NCBI GenBank assembly: GCA_040902745.1
Contig: JBBDWR010000019.1
Coordinates: 1,156-65,155, forward strand
From: Actinomycetota bacterium
GTDB taxonomy: Bacteria; Actinomycetota; UBA4738; HRBIN12
DNA: 64,000 nucleotides
Direction: 5' to 3'
A model generated the notes under the pieces. It was not told the origin of the DNA. It ran no database searches and saw only the letters and a program-made list of their open reading frames with translations. Positions 9,617 to 18,798 of the stretch are shown one piece after another. Made by a program: the position numbers and the translations under genes. Each line of letters starts with the position of its first letter. Within the stretch, counting starts at the first letter, position 1.

Positions 9617-10284
9617 TGCCCAGCGGCCGGCAAACGCGGCTGCTCACACGGCCCAACGCGCGCACGATCCGGTGGCCGACGCTGGCCGTCATCGTTGCAC
9701 TCGGCGCGTGGATCGTGCAATCGGGCGCCCGGGAAGGAGGCGACCCGGCCACGGTCGCGCTGCCGGTTGCCACCGCCGCGCTCGGGTTGTGGCTATGCCT
9801 GTTGTTCGAGGACGACGCCGCCGACGTCACCGCGGCCTTGCCGACCCCGCTCCCCCTGCGGCGGGCCGTTCGCGTCGCCGTCGCCCTCCCCGCTGTGCTC
9901 GCATCGTGGTTCACCTACACGTGGATCGGACCCCTCAACGGTCCGACGGATGCGATGGTCGTCTGGCTCGTCGCCGTCGTGCTGGTGGCGCTGGCTTGCA
10001 GCGCCGTCGCGACACGTCTGGTGGCGCCCGAACGCTCGGGGGTCACTGCGGCGACGGGCATGGTGCTGGTCCTGTTCGGAACGCCGATCGCGCTCGCGGT
10101 CATCCTCGATCGCCCGATCTCGATCGATCCGGTACGCGCGCCCGCTGGGGGCACGAGCGCGTACTGGACCGGGATGCTCGCCGTCGCGACGTTGACGTTG
10201 CTGCTCGCGCACCGTGACCCGTCACGTCGCGGCCTCAGCTCCCGGGTCGACACGCCTTCCACATCGATGAAGCGCGTCAGGTGA
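9616..10284 (+). CDS. Second ABC-associated membrane protein
   Basis: TGATG coupling at 9614-9618; MPSGRQTRLL..., about 6 TM segments. Confidence 0.7.
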   Translation: MPSGRQTRLLTRPNARTIRWPTLAVIVALGAWIVQSGAREGGDPATVALPVATAALGLWLCLLFEDDAADVTAALPTPLPLRRAVRVAVALPAVLASWFTYTWIGPLNGPTDAMVVWLVAVVLVALACSAVATRLVAPERSGVTAATGMVLVLFGTPIALAVILDRPISIDPVRAPAGGTSAYWTGMLAVATLTLLLAHRDPSRRGLSSRVDTPSTSMKRVR

Positions 10285-13200
10285 CGTTCTCGCAGTCGCC
10301 GGCTACCACGTCGGACGGGTCGGCGCTGACCGTGTCGGCTCCCGGGCCACAGGCGATCGTGTCGACCATGCCGTCCTCGGCGTCGATCGTGTCCTTGCCC
10401 CCGCCTCCCGACACCTTGTCCTTGCCGAGGCCCCCCGTGATGAGATCGTTCCCGGTGCCCCCCGTCAGGGTGTTGGCCTTGCCGTTCCCCAGGAGCACGT
10501 CCGGACCCGAGCCGGAGGCGACCCGTTCGATGTCGGATCCGATCAGGTCGCCCTCGCCCGACTCGCCGTCATTGGCGAGCCCGTCGAGCGTCGCGGAGAC
10601 CGCGGCGGTCCGAGTCACGTACGAGACGAGATCCTTGCCGGGCCCACCGGATAACACGTCGGCATCGGCACCTCCGTCCAATGTGTCGGCACCACCGCCG
10701 CCCTGGAGCGCGTCGATACCGCCCAGACCCAAGAGTTGATCGTTTCCGGCTCCGCCGATGAGCGTCTCGGCGCCGGCTCCTCCGGTGAGCGAGTCGGCAC
10801 CTGTCCCACCGATCACCGACTCGACATCGACCCCAACGTTGTCGCCTTCGGCTCCGCCTCCCTCGCCATCATTGAGCGCGCCGTCGAGCGAGACGGTCAC
10901 GGGGCCGGTGCGCTCCGAGTAGTCGACCGTGTCCAGACCGACTCCTCCGACGAACGTATCGCCGCCGATGCCACCGTCGAATCGATCGTCACCGGCCAAG
11001 CCGTTGAGGGAGTCGCCGCCTATCCCACCGAATAGGTCGTCGGCGCCCGCACTTCCCGTCAGCACGTCCGCCCCGCTGCCCCCGACGATCCCTTCGACGT
11101 CGGAGGAGATTAGATCGTTCTCGTTGGTGACGCCATCGTTGCGCACGTTGTCCAGTGACGCCGTTACCGGCTCGGTACGATCTCCGTAGTCGGCAAGGTC
11201 GCGGTCGGCGCCACCCACGAGTTGATCTGCATCAGGCCCTCCGTCAAGGGTGTCGGCGCCCTCGACGCCGAGCAGGTTGTCCATCCCCGGCCCACCATCC
11301 AGAAGGTCATCGCCGGCGTCGCCGATAAGAGCGTCGTTGCCCGACCCCCCCGCGATCTGATCCGCGCCAAGACCTCCGGAGAGCGTCTCCGCTCTCGTGG
11401 ATCCCGAGATCACGTCGTTACCGGAGCCTCCGACCACGGATTCGATGTCGGTGCCGATCGTGTCCTGCTCGCCGATCTCTCCTCCGGCCTGCGTGGCCAG
11501 GTCCACGTGCACCGGAGCCGTGCGCTCCCCGTAGTCGGCCTTGTCGATGCCGGCTCCGCCAACCAGGACGTCGGGTCCTGCGGCGCCGTCGAGGTTGTCG
11601 GCTCCGGCTTCCCCCTTCAGGATCTGCGAGCCTGCTCCGCCGCGCAGGACATCCGCGAACCGTGTTCCGACGATCGTTTCGACATCCCCCGCGACATCGT
11701 CTCCCTCGCCCACGCTCCCGTCGTTCGCGAGTCCGTCGATGCGAACGACCACCGCCGCCGTGCGCGTGGGCTCGGAGTAATCGGCCGTATCGCCACCCTG
11801 GCCACCGATCACCACGTCTCCCTGCGTGCCGCCAAGGAGCAGGTCGTCCCCCCCGGCCCCGTCCAGTCGATCCGCGCCTGCGAGACCCAGGAGGGTGTCC
11901 GGCCCGGGACCTCCGGTCAGGGCATCGGGACCCGAACCACCGCGGATCGTTTCGACGTCGCCGAGGATCTGGTCGCCCTCGGCCCCCGCGGACCCGCCGT
12001 CGTTGGCCAGGCCGTCCAGGCTGACCGTCACACCGGCGACCCGTCCCGAGTAGTCCGCGGTGTCGTTGCCCGTGCCGCCCCCGAACACATCGGGGCCGAG
12101 GTCGCCTCGCAGCGAATCGTCCCCACCGCTGCCATCCAACTGGTCGCCCCCGGGACCGCCGGCGAGAGTGTCCGGCCCCGGACTCCCGACGAGAACGTCG
12201 CCGCCGGATCCGCCGAGCACGAACTCGACGTCGAGACCGACGTTGTCCTGTTCCCCCGCGCCCGTCTGCCCGTCGTCGGCCAGCCCGTTGATCGCGACCG
12301 TGACCCCGGCGGCTCGGGCGGAGTAGTCCGCCGTATCGGTTCCGTCGCCACCGACGAACGCGTCGGCTCCTCCTGCTCCGTCGAGGAGGTCATCCCCCGC
12401 CGCTCCGTCCAGCACGTTGGGCCCCGCAGATCCGGTGAGATCGTCGTCCGCATCTGAACCGACGACGTTCTCCACGTCCGTTGCGACGTCGTCGCCCTCG
12501 GCGCCGAGGTCTTCGCCGTCGTTGGCGAGTCCGTCGATCGTGACGGTCACCGGGCTCGAGCGTCCGCCGTAGGTCGCCGTGTCGATCCCTCCGAGTCCGT
12601 CGATCGTGTCAGCGCCCCGGCCCGGATTGATCACGTTGTCACCGGCGTTGCCGACCAGGACGTCCGCCCGGCTGGTCCCGACGAGATTCTCGATGTCCGA
12701 GGGTGCGTTCTCCATCTCGCCGGGAAAACCATCGTTCGCCACCCCGTCGAGGGAGAGTTCCACCCCCACGTTGGTCCCCACCACGCTGTAAAAAAGCGTG
12801 TCGACGCCGCTGCCGCCCGTGTACACGTCGTGATCGAACGACGGGGCGATGAGGTCGTTGCCGCCTCCACCCGTCAGGGTGTCGGACCCGACATCACCCA
12901 GCAGGGTGTCGTTGCCGCCTCCACCGTCGAGATCGTCGTCGCCCACCATCGCCTCGAGGCGATCGTCCCCGGCTCCGCCGATCAAGACGTCGTCGTCGCC
13001 CGGACCGGTCAGGTCTCCGTAAAGGTTGTCGTTGCCCGGGCCCCCGTCCAGGACGTTCGACGATCCGGTACCCGCCAGGGTGTCCTCACCGGCTCCTCCC
13101 ATGGCGTTCTCGAAGTCGGTCAGACGGTCCGCGTCAGCACCCACACCGACGACAACACCGTCACCCTCCGCGGCACCGAGGGAGACGCTGACGCGGTCCG

Positions 13201-14635
13201 TGCGGGACGAGTAGTCGATCGTGTCCGTGCCGCCGTAGCCGGCCACCTCGTCCTCCCCGAACCCGTCCACGATCACATTGTCGTCGTCGTCGGCGGAGAT
13301 GACGTCGTCTCCCGATCCCGATGTGAGATTTTCGACATCCAGACGGATACGGTCTCGCTCGCAATCCGGACCCCCGAAGCAGTTCTCGCCGCTGATCGAC
13401 GTGCCGGTGAGATAGAGCACCAGGTCTTCGCTCCGAGATCCGTAGTCGACGGTGTCGGCGCCGCTCCCACCCTCGAGGTCGTCTTCACCGAGGCGGGCGA
13501 ACAGATGGTCGTCTCCCGGTCCACCATCGAGGTGGTCGTCCCCGATCCCGTCGTCGAGTAGGTCGTCGCCGCCGCCGCCGATCAGCTGGTCGTCGCCCGG
13601 GCCGGTCTCGAACAGGTTGTTCACGTCCGACCCGGCCGAGGCCTGGACGAGATCGTTGCCCGGGCCGGTGAGGATGTGTTCCACATCGCTGCCGATGTTG
13701 TCGCCCTCCGCGCCGGACCCCTCGCCGTCGGCTGCATTCCCATCGAGGATGACCGTCACGTTGCCGGTTCTGGCCGAGTAGTCGACCGTGTCTCCGACGA
13801 AGCCACAGATGAACACGAAGCAGGGAGGGTCGAGGGAATGAGGCCCACCGTTGACCTTGTCCGCCCCTGCGCCGCCGTCCAGGACGTCGGGCTGATCTCC
13901 CCCGTTCAGGGTGTCGTTGCCGATACCGCCCACCAGGTTGTCCGCGCCGCCGAGCCCGTTCAGGGTGTCGTTGCCCGACGCTCCGTTGAGCACATTCACG
14001 TCGGCGTCTCCGGTGATCAAATCAGCCGCGTCACCTCCGACCACGTTCTCGACATCGCTGCCGACGTTGTCTCCTTCGCCGACCGTCCCGTCGTTCGCAA
14101 CGTCGTCCAAGGTAACGACGACTCCCGCCGTGTGGTTCGCGTACCGCACGGTGTCCGTTCCGGCCCCGCCGCCGATCGCGTCGGCCCCGAGGCGTCCGTT
14201 GAGCGAGTCGTCTCCGTCCCCGCCCGTGAGCGTTCCGCCGGCCCCGCCCGTGATAATGGTGTCATTGCCGGCTCCGCCGTCGACCGTCGTGGTCTTGGCC
14301 GGTTCGCTCTGCAAGAAGTCGTTCCCGTCCCCCAACGTCGCGATGATCCGGGAGATCGTCGCCGTGCATCGCGCCGTGAACGCATCCACCTGCACGCACC
14401 CGCTCCCGGCCGTGATCCCCAAGGTATCGATGACCTGGTAGGTGCTCCCGCTGAGCGTGATCACCACGCCGTTCTCTTCGCCGGGAGTGGCGACGAACCG
14501 CAGTTCCGAGCCGCGCCCGCTGACGACCACGGAAGCACTGCTCGCGCCGGCCGACCCGGCAGTGATCACCCCGGCAAGGAGGCAGGCACCCAGGAGCGCG
14601 GCAGAGATGGCGGCGCGGCGCACGTTCTGACGCAT
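10277..14635 (-). CDS. Large secreted hemolysin-type (RTX-like) calcium-binding repeat protein, 1452 aa
   Basis: Sec-type signal MRQNVRRAAISAALLGACLLAGVITAGSAGA; many GGxGxDxLx nonapeptides; 13 higher-order units DT(V/A)DYS..T..VTV.LDG.ANDG..GE.D....DVE; C-terminal DTIACGPGADTV..D..D.V..DCE. Confidence 0.9.
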   Translation of the reverse strand: MRQNVRRAAISAALLGACLLAGVITAGSAGASSASVVVSGRGSELRFVATPGEENGVVITLSGSTYQVIDTLGITAGSGCVQVDAFTARCTATISRIIATLGDGNDFLQSEPAKTTTVDGGAGNDTIITGGAGGTLTGGDGDDSLNGRLGADAIGGGAGTDTVRYANHTAGVVVTLDDVANDGTVGEGDNVGSDVENVVGGDAADLITGDADVNVLNGASGNDTLNGLGGADNLVGGIGNDTLNGGDQPDVLDGGAGADKVNGGPHSLDPPCFVFICGFVGDTVDYSARTGNVTVILDGNAADGEGSGAEGDNIGSDVEHILTGPGNDLVQASAGSDVNNLFETGPGDDQLIGGGGDDLLDDGIGDDHLDGGPGDDHLFARLGEDDLEGGSGADTVDYGSRSEDLVLYLTGTSISGENCFGGPDCERDRIRLDVENLTSGSGDDVISADDDDNVIVDGFGEDEVAGYGGTDTIDYSSRTDRVSVSLGAAEGDGVVVGVGADADRLTDFENAMGGAGEDTLAGTGSSNVLDGGPGNDNLYGDLTGPGDDDVLIGGAGDDRLEAMVGDDDLDGGGGNDTLLGDVGSDTLTGGGGNDLIAPSFDHDVYTGGSGVDTLFYSVVGTNVGVELSLDGVANDGFPGEMENAPSDIENLVGTSRADVLVGNAGDNVINPGRGADTIDGLGGIDTATYGGRSSPVTVTIDGLANDGEDLGAEGDDVATDVENVVGSDADDDLTGSAGPNVLDGAAGDDLLDGAGGADAFVGGDGTDTADYSARAAGVTVAINGLADDGQTGAGEQDNVGLDVEFVLGGSGGDVLVGSPGPDTLAGGPGGDQLDGSGGDDSLRGDLGPDVFGGGTGNDTADYSGRVAGVTVSLDGLANDGGSAGAEGDQILGDVETIRGGSGPDALTGGPGPDTLLGLAGADRLDGAGGDDLLLGGTQGDVVIGGQGGDTADYSEPTRTAAVVVRIDGLANDGSVGEGDDVAGDVETIVGTRFADVLRGGAGSQILKGEAGADNLDGAAGPDVLVGGAGIDKADYGERTAPVHVDLATQAGGEIGEQDTIGTDIESVVGGSGNDVISGSTRAETLSGGLGADQIAGGSGNDALIGDAGDDLLDGGPGMDNLLGVEGADTLDGGPDADQLVGGADRDLADYGDRTEPVTASLDNVRNDGVTNENDLISSDVEGIVGGSGADVLTGSAGADDLFGGIGGDSLNGLAGDDRFDGGIGGDTFVGGVGLDTVDYSERTGPVTVSLDGALNDGEGGGAEGDNVGVDVESVIGGTGADSLTGGAGAETLIGGAGNDQLLGLGGIDALQGGGGADTLDGGADADVLSGGPGKDLVSYVTRTAAVSATLDGLANDGESGEGDLIGSDIERVASGSGPDVLLGNGKANTLTGGTGNDLITGGLGKDKVSGGGGKDTIDAEDGMVDTIACGPGADTVSADPSDVVAGDCENVT

Positions 14636-14804
14636 GGCTCCTTCTCGACCCAGCGGGCCCGACGCAGCGGCGCCGAACGCGATCCGAGGCTAGACATAAT
14701 GGGTACGCTGGACTTATACCGGATGCACCCGAGCAAGCCAAGAGACTTTCGGTACCCCGAATCCGCCGTTCGACAGGCATCGGGCGCGATGCGAGCATGC
14801 ACGC

Positions 14805-15545
14805 GTGGATGATCCCGCCACCCCCTACTACCGTCGCGATCTCGCACTGATCCACCATCTCGGATTCGCCTTCCACGCCGAGGACTGCGCGCCGGGGATA
14901 CTCGGATCGCTTCAGTCCGTGCGTGCGCGAGACGGCCTCGTGCTCGAGCTGGGGTGCGGGAGCGGTCTGCTTACTAGCCACTTGGTCGACGCTGGCCATC
15001 GGGTGATCGCGACCGACGCCTCGCCCGCGATGCTCGACCTGGCCCGCGAACACGTTGTCGGCGCGCACGAGATCCGACGACTCACACTCCCCGACGATCC
15101 GATCCCCGAGGCGGACGCGATCATCTCGGTCGGCCACGCACTCAACTACCTGCCGGACGCCGCCGCGATCGACAGGGCGCTGATCGCGATCGCGCGGGCA
15201 CTGCGGCCCGGTGGACTGCTCGCGATCGACCTGTGTGATCTGCGCTACGCGGAAGCGCGGGACGGTGGGTCCACGTCCGGGTGGGTGGCCGAGGACTGGG
15301 CGATCGTCACCGAGCGCTCGATGCCCGCACCCGACCGATTCGTCCGGCAGATGGCGACGTTCGTCCGCAACGAGGATGGATCGTGGCGCCGCGACGACGA
15401 ACGGCACGACAACGTCCTGATCGACACGAGCCGCGTGCCACCGTTGCTCGCGGAACACGGCGTCGAGGCCTCGATCGGGACCTCGTTCGGATCCGAACGC
15501 CTTCCCGAAGGGTTGCACACGGTGATCGGTCGTCGACCCCGGTAG
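14805..15545 (+). CDS. Class I SAM-dependent methyltransferase
   Basis: VLELGCGSG, ATDASPAML, ALRPGGLLAID. Confidence 0.9.
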   Translation: MDDPATPYYRRDLALIHHLGFAFHAEDCAPGILGSLQSVRARDGLVLELGCGSGLLTSHLVDAGHRVIATDASPAMLDLAREHVVGAHEIRRLTLPDDPIPEADAIISVGHALNYLPDAAAIDRALIAIARALRPGGLLAIDLCDLRYAEARDGGSTSGWVAEDWAIVTERSMPAPDRFVRQMATFVRNEDGSWRRDDERHDNVLIDTSRVPPLLAEHGVEASIGTSFGSERLPEGLHTVIGRRPR

Positions 15546-15553
15546 CGGGGACG

Positions 15554-16375
15554 CTACGCGCGCACCGCGAGCAACTCCCATGCCCCGTCGATGCCCTTGA
15601 GTTCGTGCACGCCCCGATCCTCGAAGGAGATCTCGGAACCGACGGTGAGGTCCTTCACGGTCCGCGACACGAGAACCTCGCCGTCGTCCGCACACCCCGT
15701 CCTGTGCAGCACGAGGGTGGGCGCGTGTACGGCGGGCAGCATCGCCCGCGCGTCCGCCTTGAACATCGAGCGGAAGTACGCGGCGGCGGCCGCAGGACCC
15801 GCGATCGACCGGGTCTTCTTCGCGTACCAGCTCCGGAACCTCGGATCGTCCGCCTTGCTGGGAACTTGCAGCAGCACGTGCTCGTCCCCTCCCCAGCGAT
15901 CCGCCATCGTCCGGTTCAACTCGTCCGCAACCTCTGGCGCCACGCCGATCGGGTAGTCATCGTCGGCGATGTACTTCGCGCCGGTATTCACGAGGATCAG
16001 GGCTGCTGTACAGGCCGGCTTGGTGGCCGCGAAGAGCATGCCCATCGGTCCCGCGTCGTACGCCGTCATGATCGCCGCCCGCTCCGAGCCGACCTGAGAC
16101 ATCACGCACTCCAGCTCCTCCACGAACGATTCCCACGGAGGCAGGACGTCCAGAGGCAAGGGATCGGAGGCCCCCGTGCCGCGGCGGTCGAAGCGGATCA
16201 GACGAACGAACGAGGCGAGCCGGCGCAGGAACAGTTCGGCCATCGGGTCTTCCCAGTCGCTGTCGAACGCGCTGAAGCTGCCGGCCGTCATCACGAGGTC
16301 GATCGACCCGGAGCCGAAGACCTCGTAGGCGATCCGTTGCGACCCGAGACGCGCGTAGCCCGTGGAGCGCTCCAT
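15554..16375 (-). pseudogene. LipJ-like alpha/beta-hydrolase-adenylate cyclase with an in-frame internal deletion
   Basis: Hydrolase motifs IAYEVFGSG, FDRRGTGASD and PTLVLHRTG joined directly to the cyclase tail GEVLVSRTVKDL..GS.I.FEDRG.HELKG; the catalytic cyclase core is absent. Confidence 0.7.
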
Positions 16376-16519
16376 GCGCGACAGCATATCGGCGCCGGAT
16401 CGGCGACCGTCAGTCGTCGAGTTCTCCCGTGACCTCAGAAGGCAGTTGCTCGACCAACCGCGCCATCGTCTCCAACACGTCGAAGACGGGGGCGCCGTGC
16501 GCGTGGTTCGATACACGCC

Positions 16520-17626
16520 GTGAGCGATGAGCGGGTACGTCGGATCCATGAACTGGAGCAGCAGTTCCGGCGGGCGGGGATGCCCAACCTGATCGAGGAC
16601 TACTCCCCCTCAGAGGACATCTTCACTCGCGCCCTGCCGTTCTTCGCCTTCGTGTTCGTGGCGGAACTGCTGAACGCACTCAACCTCGACTACCCCGTGT
16701 GGGCCAACGTGCTGTTCGTCGTCGGAGGCCTGGCTATCGGGATCGGCGCCTTCGGCTTGGCCAATCGCGCGCGCGGACGGCCACTGTTCCGCACTCCCGA
16801 CCGGGTGGGCGTCCCGGAACTGACCGCGTTCATCATCGTTCCCGCCATGCTTCCGCTGATCTTCGGATGGCAATGGCGCAGCGCGCTGATCACGTTGGGG
16901 GCACAGGTGATCCTCGTCGCATTGACCTACGCAGTGATCGGTCTCGGACTGTTCTCGATCGTGCGCTGGGCGGGAGCCAAGTTCTTCCAGCAACTCGAGG
17001 CATCCCTACAGCTCCTCGTCAAAGCGGTTCCACTATTGCTGTTCTTCGCGCTGATCATCTTTTTCACGACGGAGATCTGGCAGGTCTTCAGCTCGCCGGA
17101 GACGCCCCGCTACTGGACCGCGATCGTGCTGTTCGTGCTGCTCGGTCTCGCGTTCCTGTCGGTGCGGATCCCGGCGACCGTACGCGACCTCGAGCAGGAG
17201 GTCGGAGTGGGCGACCGGCCCCTGCGCCCCAGGGCGCGGGTCAACGTCGCGTTCGTCGTGCTCGTGAGCCAGATCCTCCAGATCCTGTTCGTGGTCGCCG
17301 CGGTCTGGCTCTTCTTCGTCGCGGTCGGGTCGCTGTTGATCACGGCCAAGGTGCGCGGTGCGTGGTTGCTGGTGCCCGACGACGTCGTGTTCCTCGTCCC
17401 GTTCTTCGGCGACGGGGACATCGCGATCAGCGCGGCGCTGCTCCGAGTGGCTACAGGAGTGGCCACGTTCGTGGGCCTCTATTACGCCGTGCAGATGCTC
17501 GTCGACGCCGCCTACCGCGATCAGTTCATCGACCAGATGACCGAGCAGATGCGCGACACGTTCGCGGCGCGCCGGGAGTACCTCCGCCTGCTCTCCAGCG
17601 AGTCACGCGCCGACGTGCAACGCTAG
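16520..17626 (+). CDS. Integral membrane protein of unknown function
   Basis: 368-aa ORF with about 8 TM segments and GC3-rich codon usage. Confidence 0.75.
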   Translation: MSDERVRRIHELEQQFRRAGMPNLIEDYSPSEDIFTRALPFFAFVFVAELLNALNLDYPVWANVLFVVGGLAIGIGAFGLANRARGRPLFRTPDRVGVPELTAFIIVPAMLPLIFGWQWRSALITLGAQVILVALTYAVIGLGLFSIVRWAGAKFFQQLEASLQLLVKAVPLLLFFALIIFFTTEIWQVFSSPETPRYWTAIVLFVLLGLAFLSVRIPATVRDLEQEVGVGDRPLRPRARVNVAFVVLVSQILQILFVVAAVWLFFVAVGSLLITAKVRGAWLLVPDDVVFLVPFFGDGDIAISAALLRVATGVATFVGLYYAVQMLVDAAYRDQFIDQMTEQMRDTFAARREYLRLLSSESRADVQR

Positions 17627-17841
17627 GCGTTCATCTATGCGCCTTCCTGCAGAGGATGCAGGGCAATCCGAGCACGTACGTCCCCCAGATCGCCGTGATC
17701 ACGTGAACAGGTTCGCGCAGGCCGGGTAGGCTGTATCGAGCGGATCGGACTCTCCGCTCCGAGTGAACCGCCGAATGGCCTCGTGCGAAGGTCCCTCGCC
17801 AGGTCGCCGATGTTCGAAAGCCTGCCGAGAGGAAACGCCCG

Positions 17842-18786
17842 ATGAGCGCCGTTCGAGCCCTAGCCCCTCGCGACATGCTCGCCGAACTCGAACCCGTACT
17901 CGCCGCCGGACTCGATCGTCACCTCAAGGCCGCGGGCGAGTGGTTCCCCCACGACTACATCCCCTACGAAAGAGGACGCAATTTCGAACGGGAGCCGTGG
18001 CAGGCCTCCGACAGCACGCTGCCCGACATCGGGCAGACCGCACTCGAGGTCAACCTGCTCACCGAGGACAACCTCCCCTACTACCACCTAGGCCTGTGGG
18101 ACGTGTTCGGCGAGAACGAGGCCTGGGGAGAATGGGTACGGCGATGGACCTCGGAGGAGGGACGCCACGCGATCGTGCTGCGCGACTATCTCACCGTCAC
18201 GCGCGGGATCGACCCGATCGGGCTCGAGCGCGGACGGATGGAGATGGTCCAGCTCGGCTACGCACCGGACTGGGTCGATCTCGGGCCGCTCGACACCGTC
18301 GTGTTCACCACGATGCAGGAACTCGCCACCCGCATCTCGCACCGCAACACCGGGGTGATCACCCGCGACCCGATCGCCGAACGTATCACGCAGCGGATCG
18401 CGACCGACGAGAACCTGCACTACGTCTTCTATCGGGACATGGCCGCGGCGGCGGTCGAGCTGGATCCCTCCGAAATGGTCCTCGCGATGCGGCGACAGGT
18501 TCGCGATTTCGCGATGCCGGGAGCCGACATGCCGGGGTTCCGCGCCAAGGCGAAGCTGATGGCCGCCGCCGGCATCTACAACTTCAGGATCCACCACGAC
18601 CAGGTGCTCACGCCGGTGTTGCTGAAGCACTGGCGACTCCACGAACTCACGGATCTCAGCGACGAGGCCCAGCGAGCCCGCGACGACATCGTCGCGCACA
18701 TGGAGCGGCTCGATCGGGTCGCGTCGCGGCTGGACGAATCCAACACACCCGTGCTCGGCAACGAGGTCGGACCGAACGGCTCCTGA
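17842..18786 (+). CDS. desA: Acyl-ACP desaturase (DesA-like, di-iron)
   Basis: EWFPHDYIP, NLLTEDNLPYYH, WTSEEGRH, QELATRISH, DENLH. Confidence 0.92.
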   Translation: MSAVRALAPRDMLAELEPVLAAGLDRHLKAAGEWFPHDYIPYERGRNFEREPWQASDSTLPDIGQTALEVNLLTEDNLPYYHLGLWDVFGENEAWGEWVRRWTSEEGRHAIVLRDYLTVTRGIDPIGLERGRMEMVQLGYAPDWVDLGPLDTVVFTTMQELATRISHRNTGVITRDPIAERITQRIATDENLHYVFYRDMAAAAVELDPSEMVLAMRRQVRDFAMPGADMPGFRAKAKLMAAAGIYNFRIHHDQVLTPVLLKHWRLHELTDLSDEAQRARDDIVAHMERLDRVASRLDESNTPVLGNEVGPNGS

Positions 18787-18798
18787 GACTGTGCTCGA

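Noticed and set aside
10300-14300. CRISPR-like or DNA-level repeat array
   Set aside because: The repeats are degenerate, codon-phased protein repeats; no identical repeats with spacers and no cas genes
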